A DNA stretch of 63,828 nt, counting the filler, from Atractiella rhizophila (taxonomy: Eukaryota): assembly GCA_021432655.1 (NCBI GenBank). It is 12 parts of 8 records of this genome, joined end to end, with 100 filler letters (N's around TTAATTAATTAA, not from the genome) between each part and the next. Parts side by side here need not be neighbours in the genome. Positions count along the whole stretch, not along the records: positions 55,204 to 61,074 come from MU272075.1; positions 61,175 to 62,680 come from MU272075.1; positions 62,781 to 63,828 come from MU272093.1; 9 more parts are not named here. One strand, given 5' to 3'. The position numbers were made by a program, and so were the translations under genes. Under the pieces are notes generated by a model. The model worked only from the letters and a program-made list of their open reading frames with translations, was not told the DNA's origin and searched no databases. Positions 56,751 through 63,828 of this stretch are shown here, piece after piece (the stretch's first letter is position 1; each line of letters starts with the position of its first letter).

Positions 56751-56996
56751 CGTTCTCTTGCTATCCGTCCGCTACGGCTGCCTGTGGAGCAGCGAGAGAT
56801 AGCTTTTGTACGACGCGTGGTGATCAAATAATTTCAAAGCATTTTGCAATCATGTTCGTGCCCGGCCGACGGATACGCCTGCACACGAAACCTGCCACCT
56901 GAAATCCCTGATAATGATAAAATACAATTTGAAGAATACGCGGACGAAGAAGAGAGAAACAAAAACACCAGCGAGAAATCAACTGCCAGAAAAAAG

Positions 56997-57067
56997 TGAA
57001 TACTGCGGGAGTCGAACCCACGACTACACCTTGGAAGGGTGTTATGATACCGTTCCACCAAGTATCC
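56997..57067 (-). tRNA. tRNA-Gly(TCC), intronless
   Basis: Cloverleaf: GGATACT/AGTATTC acceptor, ACACC-CTTCCAA-GGTGT anticodon arm, GTGGG-TTCGACT-CCCGC T arm, downstream T6 terminator. Confidence 0.95.
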
Positions 57068-57975
57068 ATTGCTTGAATATTTTCTGCAACAGATATTACT
57101 GATCCTTATTTACCTTTCATTTCCTTTCTGTTTCGAGCTTGGACATCGAGATCATATTGCAGGCCCATCATTGGCCTCGTCCTTGGGTCGCATACAGTTG
57201 TACACAGAGTTGTGGGAACTTGGAGAAGCGTCAGCATGGTGTGATGTTTGATGTTTTCACCCTCTACGAAGAAGGTCTTACATAAAGCCTGGCTTTCGAT
57301 CTTCATTTGTGTGGATGCTTGGTGTTAGGAGCAATTCCTTCTCTCCTGAGCTGCTCAGGTAGACGCTCCAGAGTTCTCTAACGAGTTTGAGCTCCCTTTA
57401 CGCACCAACCCTTGAGAGTTTGACCTCGAAGGCATCTCTGAGTGAATTTTGCAGATGTAGCAATGCGGTGAGCTGGTTTATGCTCCTATTTCATAGGTTT
57501 ACGAATAATAGTGACCTTGATGAAGAGGTACACTTTGATGTGTGACTTTAACCTGCGCAACTGGGATATCATTTATCACATGGCTAAATCTGTTGTTGAT
57601 CTGTCATATGGATATTATAATAACAGCCACGGCCAAGCTGTCTGCTATATCTTTCGTTTGGTTTATTGCAGACGGGATTGATATTACATTTGGATGGCAG
57701 TGGCATGCACATCACAATATTTTTTGTAACTCTCGCTCAACTTTGACAAAAGGAGTAAGAAGATGACACAATTAACATTTCTATCCTTGCATCTCCGAGA
57801 CAGCGACTTTTCCCCCTGCAGATACTGGCAGAACTGGAGTAGAGCTGAGTTAATGAACCAATGACCACTGACTTCTTCTTCTTGATCTACCTACACTCTT
57901 GACTTCGTCACTCTGTCACGTGACAATAACGTTCGATTTCGTTTCCCGTCGTTGTGTCTTCATCGTCAGGGATGT

Positions 57976-58148
57976 TTCTAGAAGAGTCTAGGACCTCTTT
58001 TCAATGGCGCGGAAGATGAAAATTCGCGGAATCCTACTATGTTGGAAAAAGTCTAGAAAGTTCCACATTATTCATGGCGCGTTTGACGTCTCGACACGCA
58101 ATATGAGGTCTAGAATTTACTAGAACTGAGCTCTCTAAGGTATATAAA
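57976..58148 (+). promoter_or_regulatory. Heat-shock elements and TATA box of HSP20
   Basis: TTCtaGAA (57976), gTCtaGAAagTTC (~58051), gTCtaGAAttTACtaGAA (~58108), TATATAAA (58141). Confidence 0.8.
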
Positions 58149-58233
58149 TGCGCGTTCAGTGCTGCTGCCCATCATTCTACAATCGAGCAAACAGCCCAAC
58201 CACAACCGACTGCAAGCAACAAGTCAACCAACG

Positions 58234-58713
58234 ATGTCGCTCATCCAAAACCTCTTCCCTGAGCTCCGACGCTCTCCTTTTTACAACCGATCATTCGACT
58301 TGCCCGAGTTCTCGCAGCTGTCTCAACTATCCAGACCCGCGATTGACGTTCATGAGGAAGGAGACAAATACGTCGTTCAAGCCGAAGTCGCTGGAGCTCG
58401 GAAGGAAGACCTGAAACTCGAGTTCGGTGGTGATGGTGGAGAGGTCCTGACGCTTAGCGGGAAGATCGTGAAGACGAAGGAATTCAAGCCTGAAGAGGTA
58501 AAGGAAGGAGCGGGGAATGAGAAGGCGGTGGAGAAGCCAAATACGAATATCTGGCATTCCGAACGCTTCGAGGGATCTTTTGCCAGATCAGTGAGGTTCC
58601 CAACGCCTGTCGATACGGATAAAGTGTCTGCGAAGTATGAGAACGGCATTTTGGAGGTGGAGGTGCCAAAGAGGATGAAGAAGGAAGGTTCAAGGAGTAT
58701 CCAGATTGCTTAA
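58234..58713 (+). CDS. Small heat-shock protein (HSP20/alpha-crystallin)
   Basis: PAIDVHE, ERFEGSFARSVRFP, AKYENGILEVEVPK, C-terminal IQI motif; intronless. Confidence 0.96.
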   Translation: MSLIQNLFPELRRSPFYNRSFDLPEFSQLSQLSRPAIDVHEEGDKYVVQAEVAGARKEDLKLEFGGDGGEVLTLSGKIVKTKEFKPEEVKEGAGNEKAVEKPNTNIWHSERFEGSFARSVRFPTPVDTDKVSAKYENGILEVEVPKRMKKEGSRSIQIA

Positions 58714-59040
58714 GTGCGTTCAACTTCTCGTGCTGTTGAAGTTGTACTAATTCCTTTCTCAGGTTTGGATTCCAAATAGTCAAACAAACTCGGAATTTCT
58801 CTATTTCTTCCAGTTCAGATGTCCATGTTCAGTATAACATGTAACCAGTAACCAGTCGAACACACGCAGCCTCTGAATGATAATGGTATATGTAACTTGT
58901 ATCGACAGCTACCATATGTAACTTGTATCGATAGCTCGCTCAAAGTGTCAATGATGGATGACGTGCGGTCATGACATTTTGATCTATGTACATACAAAGC
59001 GCGCGTGAGAAACGATAGCCAGGTTCGTGTAAGGAAGAGG

Positions 59041-60326
59041 TTAAATGCAGAATGAGCCATCTGGAGACACTACTCTCCCGCCGTAGCAACTTTGCACAAG
59101 GCAATGGCCCTGTGAACACAAAACTGCATCCACAAATGGAATTTCAGTACTGTGGAGTCATGTTAATTGGTCTGCGAGAACGAAGGATGGACGCACCAAT
59201 CAACAACCGTCGTCGAACCCGGACATCCCCCACAACTCTCAACATTGCGCATTATATCGACACACTGTCTTTTGAGTTAGGAGAGTGTTTATTCAAAGAG
59301 GGATAGACTAACCTCGTAAGAGAGGGTAGGGGTCCAAGCCCCTGTCTTACTCTTCTTCTTCACATTCTCTCTGGCTGAAGCTCCCAATCCGAACCTTGGG
59401 CAGGAAACGAGACCAGTTGAGCATCGATTGGCGCTATAAGCTTTCGCAGGATGAGCATAAAGATAGCTCTGCAATCCGAAGTCCCGAGCTCTTCGTCTTG
59501 CAAGCTGAGATGGACCTGCAGGCGGAGCTTCATCCGCACAGAGGTAATCGTTTGAGCAGAAACCTGAATAATGGAGTGAGATTCACCGCGATTTCTGAGG
59601 GAACTATCTGACCAGATGTGCAAACGCCGTCACTGGCGCAAGGAGTCCCGTTTGGCATTCCACTTGTTGGCACAGAGGCACAAGTACCGTCCGAGTTCAG
59701 CTTTTCTAATCCCGAAATCCGTCTATACGTGGGTGAAGGTCGAGTAAGGACGTACGGGAAGTGCAGCTGTCTTCCTCATACACCGCCAAGGCTCCGGGTC
59801 CACCACAAGTTGAATCAGTGCCTGGGAAAATGCCTCAGTTGAAATGAGATGACAGAATGCATCGAGATACCACACTGAAGATAGGCTACAGTTCTCATTA
59901 GTTAAGAACAGCGAGACAGAAGTGGCGCACCTAAGCAGCCATATTCATCCGTACAAGTTTCTCCATAATAACCGCGACAGATACCGTCTTGACAGGAGCC
60001 TGGACGTTGTCTGAGTGAAAGAAGAACACGACGAACGACCCAACAAACCGAAGTCACAGTCAGAAGCCTGCCCACATTGTGCTCCGACATAACCACAATA
60101 ACCTGTTTCGATATTCAGAGCATGAATGAGAGTGAAGAGGGATAAGCAGACCATATGTAGGATCAACAGGATCTTTGACGCACTGCGAATTCGCGGATAT
60201 TATCGCTCCATCCTGGCCAGCCCACTCAACACAGTCGGCGTCCAGACTGCAAGGATAGTCTCCTTGTGCCGTAGAAAGAAGAGGGAAAGATGCAGCGATG
60301 AAGATGTGGAAAAGCGAGAGAAGCAT
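59041..60326 (-). CDS. Secreted Cys-rich PriA-like protein
   Basis: Signal peptide, many Cys, C-terminal YE|CVDIMRNVESCGGC...C...C domain typical of basidiomycete PriA proteins. Confidence 0.8.
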
Positions 60327-61174
60327 CGATAATCGTGATTGGCGTAAATGGGTGTCAAACCCGTAGAATCGTAAAATAGAACAAAGGAGATGCTGCGAGC
60401 TTTGTTATGAGCGATACTCAAGAACGCAAGAACAATCCAGGAAGAAGGCTGTTGTCTAGTCTTTCACGAGGTGTGAGGACAGAAGTTGGAGCAAGCAGCT
60501 GCTGAAGGGGAGGAGGTCAGGTAAGCGATTTTAAAAGAGCAAGAAATGACATGTCCCATGTTCTAGGGATCTGTAGAAAATCCATGCAAATATGATATGA
60601 CGCGCTAGACCGATGGCGTGGGCGCCCTGCGCGAGGGAGGAGAGGAGAGCGATCTAGAAGTAAATGGCGTTTTTCCGATTTGTCGCTTTTCGGCGATGAA
60701 ATGGGGGACGCTAGGTGATCACGATATCGCAGGGAAGCAAGTACAGAAGGGGTCAACGTTCAACAGTGGAGAGGTCCCATAGCTTTTGATTATCACATTC
60801 CTATCTACGGATAAACATACATCAGCTTCCCAACAAATTAAATTGCAACCAAAGAAATAAACTCAGTCAACACGAGAGTCCTTGTGATCACCAAAGTACA
60901 TTTTGATCTCTATTCATTACAACTTTACTCGTCGATCTATCCAACACATTCAGCCACAGACTCATGCCAAAAAGAACGAGTCAACTCACTTTCATTCTTC
61001 ATTCTCTTCCTCCTTCGACTCCATCTCCTCCTTCCTCTCCTCCGCCTCCAACTCTTCCCTCAACATGCTAATAANNNNNNNNNNNNNNNNNNNNNNNNNN
61101 NNNNNNNNNNNNNNNNNNTTAATTAATTAANNNNNNNNNNNNNNNNNNNNNNNNNNNNNNNNNNNNNNNNNNNN

Positions 61175-62680
61175 GACTCCAGTAAGGCTCAAGAGTATCT
61201 CGTGGGAGAACTCCCGACCGCTGTCAGTGACCTAGCCTACACGTCCCTTGACGAGGATCATGGCATTTTGTCTTTCGCTGCTGCTGTTGGGAAGGACGGT
61301 GATATCTATGGCGTGAAGGAACTGAAAGCGGAAAAAGCAAAAGAAAAGGTTGGAGACGGACTTGGTTCGTCTTTGCTTTTGCTTTTCCTATCGCTGTGAG
61401 CTTGTGCTCAACCATAGACTTCATAGTGTACGATTCGCTCTTTGTGAGGCATTGGGACGAGTGGATCGATGTCAACACGAAGAAAAAGCCATTCGTGGTG
61501 AAGCTCCACAAAAGCGTCTATGCGCGACAAGACGCGTCCTTCTCGGGACGGTATGAGATGGAAACCTTTTCTGATCGAAGCCTTAGACCTTCGAAACCGA
61601 TCATCAACACGCCTCTGAAGGATGTTGACCTGGTACATCTAATCTTTATTATGGCACACGTTCACTAACTGAAAGAGATGCTCAGGAATGCCCCGTTGGA
61701 CCGTTCGGCGGAGCAGAAGATTTCTCGCTTTCAGAAAACTGGATCGTCTTCCACGCTAAAGACCCTCTCGTCAATCCAGCATGGCACACCAGGACTAATG
61801 TTTACCTCCTCCCGCTTCATCCTCGCTCTGCCAACGATGCCAGACCTCGTCTCCTCTCTTCAGGCAGTCAGGGAGCCTCTTCCAGCCCGGCGTTCAATCG
61901 AAGTGATGCTGAGCCTGGTGTGGGTGGGAAGAAGGGGAAGGGAAAGGTCGCGTATCTTGAGATGAGGTTTGAGTCCTCTCCCAGTATGCTCCGCCGTACT
62001 CACATGGCGGAATAGGGAGGATGGATACGAAGCTGATAGGAACAGAGTGATGATTTATGACTTTGAGACGGAGAAGCGTTATGGTGTGACGGAAAATTGG
62101 GATCGATCTCCTTCCAAGGTCATTTGGGATGATAAAGGAGAAAATCTCTTCTTGATAGCTTCGGTAAGCCTTCTTATCTCACCCTCGGCTGGCATTCATC
62201 GTGAGCAGGAACATGGACATGTCAAATTGTGGTATTTGTCGCTCGAATCGCCTTCCGAACCAGTTGCCTTGACAGACAAGCACACAGTCGCCTCAGCTGT
62301 CGCACTATCTCATAACCGCCTACTGCTCACGATCAACTCTTTCACCTCCGCCAACGAAACTTTCCTCCTCACCATCCCAACTCCTCTCCGTTCCCTCTCT
62401 CTCTCCAAACAACCCAAGATAGAACTGGAAGAACTCTTCAGCCTGTCTAAGACCGCTCTGGGAGGGAAAGGACTGGATGAAGGCCAGGCGTTCTACTTTG
62501 ACGGAACGGCCGATCAGAAGGTTCATGGTTGGATTCTCAGACCCCCAGGTTTCAAGAAGGTCCGACATGGTTATCCTCTGGCGTTCATCATTCACGGCGC
62601 GTTATCCCATGATCCTTCTTCTCCCTTACTGATCGGGGATGTGTAGGTGGCCCACAAGGAGCATTCGAGGACGATTGGTC
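61175..62680 (+). CDS. Dipeptidyl-peptidase V-like S9 peptidase, internal fragment
   Basis: YDSLFVRHWDEW, CPVGPFGGAEDF, GYEADRNR, VHGWILRPPGF, PLAFIIHG|GPQGA. Confidence 0.92.
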
Positions 62681-62780
62681 NNNNNNNNNNNNNNNNNNNN
62701 NNNNNNNNNNNNNNNNNNNNNNNNTTAATTAATTAANNNNNNNNNNNNNNNNNNNNNNNNNNNNNNNNNNNNNNNNNNNN

Positions 62781-63143
62781 CCCATGAACTCTTCGGCGTT
62801 CTCAAACATTGGGGCCATGGCTGGCGCTCTGCCTTCGTCAGGGACGCTCAATGGCACTTCATACCCTTCGTCCGCATATTCGACATCTTCGTACAATTCG
62901 TATACCCCTCAACCGACATATTCGAACTCTTCCTATCAGTTGGGAACTTCAAATCCTTACCAATCAACTCTATCGTCATCGAATCCATATCAACCCTCGC
63001 CTTCACCTTCTAACCCTTTCCTCTCGACCCAAAGTAAAAGCAATAATCCCTTCTTGAATAATTCAACTTCAACGACAGACTTCAGCAGCTTTGCGGCAGG
63101 TTACATGCCTCAAGCGAGGCAGCAGAATGGGTTCGGATATTGA
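62781..63143 (+). CDS. C-terminal fragment with NPF/NPY repeats (endocytic-adaptor-like tail)
   Basis: S/N/Y-rich ORF with SNPY x2 and NPF x2 ending at a stop. Confidence 0.55.
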   Translation, partial: PMNSSAFSNIGAMAGALPSSGTLNGTSYPSSAYSTSSYNSYTPQPTYSNSSYQLGTSNPYQSTLSSSNPYQPSPSPSNPFLSTQSKSNNPFLNNSTSTTDFSSFAAGYMPQARQQNGFGY

Positions 63144-63828
63144 TGAAAATTTTGCTTGTAGTTTGTGTGACAAGTTGTGGTGCATGCTGAGTATTGAAGT
63201 AATGTGTGACTCCATATGTTGACGGATTGTGACAGATGAGTTTAATCAGAGAGCAAGAGGACGTGATTATTTCATTCAACCTGACCGCATCAGTCATCAT
63301 GTCATCTCCATCCATGCAATGACCCAAGTGCCGTTCTCCGCGATCCTTCTGCTGACACTGCACCGTCCTCTTTCGCACGACAGCCCGTAGTCCCTTTTAT
63401 AATCTTCCAGCCTATTGCCCACCGGAAACAAAGCGTGAGCACATCAAACGAGACAATCAGAGTCACAGGATCCTAAAGGGAAGTGAGGCGAGCACAACCT
63501 TAGAAACAGCAACGGACGGTAGCGAGAACATCATGGGGGATTACCAGGTTCCTCCTCGAAGCAGGTGGCCTATGGCAGGGCTCTCAGGGCGTTGGGGAAA
63601 GTCTTTATTGCCACTTTTGATGCTAGCACGGTCAAGTAGTCAAAGATTGAGAAATATAACTCTCTCAATTTATCATTATAGACACCGCGAGTTCGAAGGA
63701 CAATTCTGGGAGAGGATATAGGAGTAATCTTATCGACTTTCATTCTGGTAGACCTCTTCAAGCTCCTGCATCATATTCTTTTTCTGCTTAGCTTCGTCCA
63801 AGGTGGTCATAATGAGGTGGTCCCTCGG

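Noticed and set aside
58888..58936. Short tandem repeats (26-nt here, 13-nt at ~13810)
   Set aside because: Two-copy slippage duplications with no further structure.

Overview
Eukaryotic, intron-rich, gene-dense fungal DNA (basidiomycete-like; introns mostly ~50-70 nt). It is a pseudo-scaffold: at least 12 pieces joined by an artificial 100-nt N...TTAATTAATTAA...N linker, plus two plain N gaps. Recognisable genes: RhoGEF, two WrbA/PST2 flavodoxin-like paralogs (one a pseudogene), SDR, NYN/PIN-domain protein, GPI-type secreted protein, MLH1, SAD1, RPS4, WW protein, F-box-like protein, alpha-arrestin, RPS23, APL2, two ABCC transporters, VCX1, WHI2, GAL10, ACL4, PGI1, MCM2, M64 peptidase, tRNA-Gly(TCC), HSP20, PriA-like protein and a DPP-V-like peptidase. 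The most striking signal is four contig-terminal blocks (0.3-1.3 kb) that are REVERSED BUT NOT COMPLEMENTED. They hide coding exons that no six-frame translation can see and rejoin the neighbouring gene once flipped. No known polymerase makes such copies, so an assembly-software artefact is the leading explanation; raw reads would decide. Best genuine-biology candidates: a 2-nt microexon in GAL10, a 5-aa insertion in ribosomal eS4, GC-AG introns with weak donors, tandem duplications of convergent gene ends, and a near-identical tract between the ABC paralogs. All calls are from reading by eye; no searches were run.
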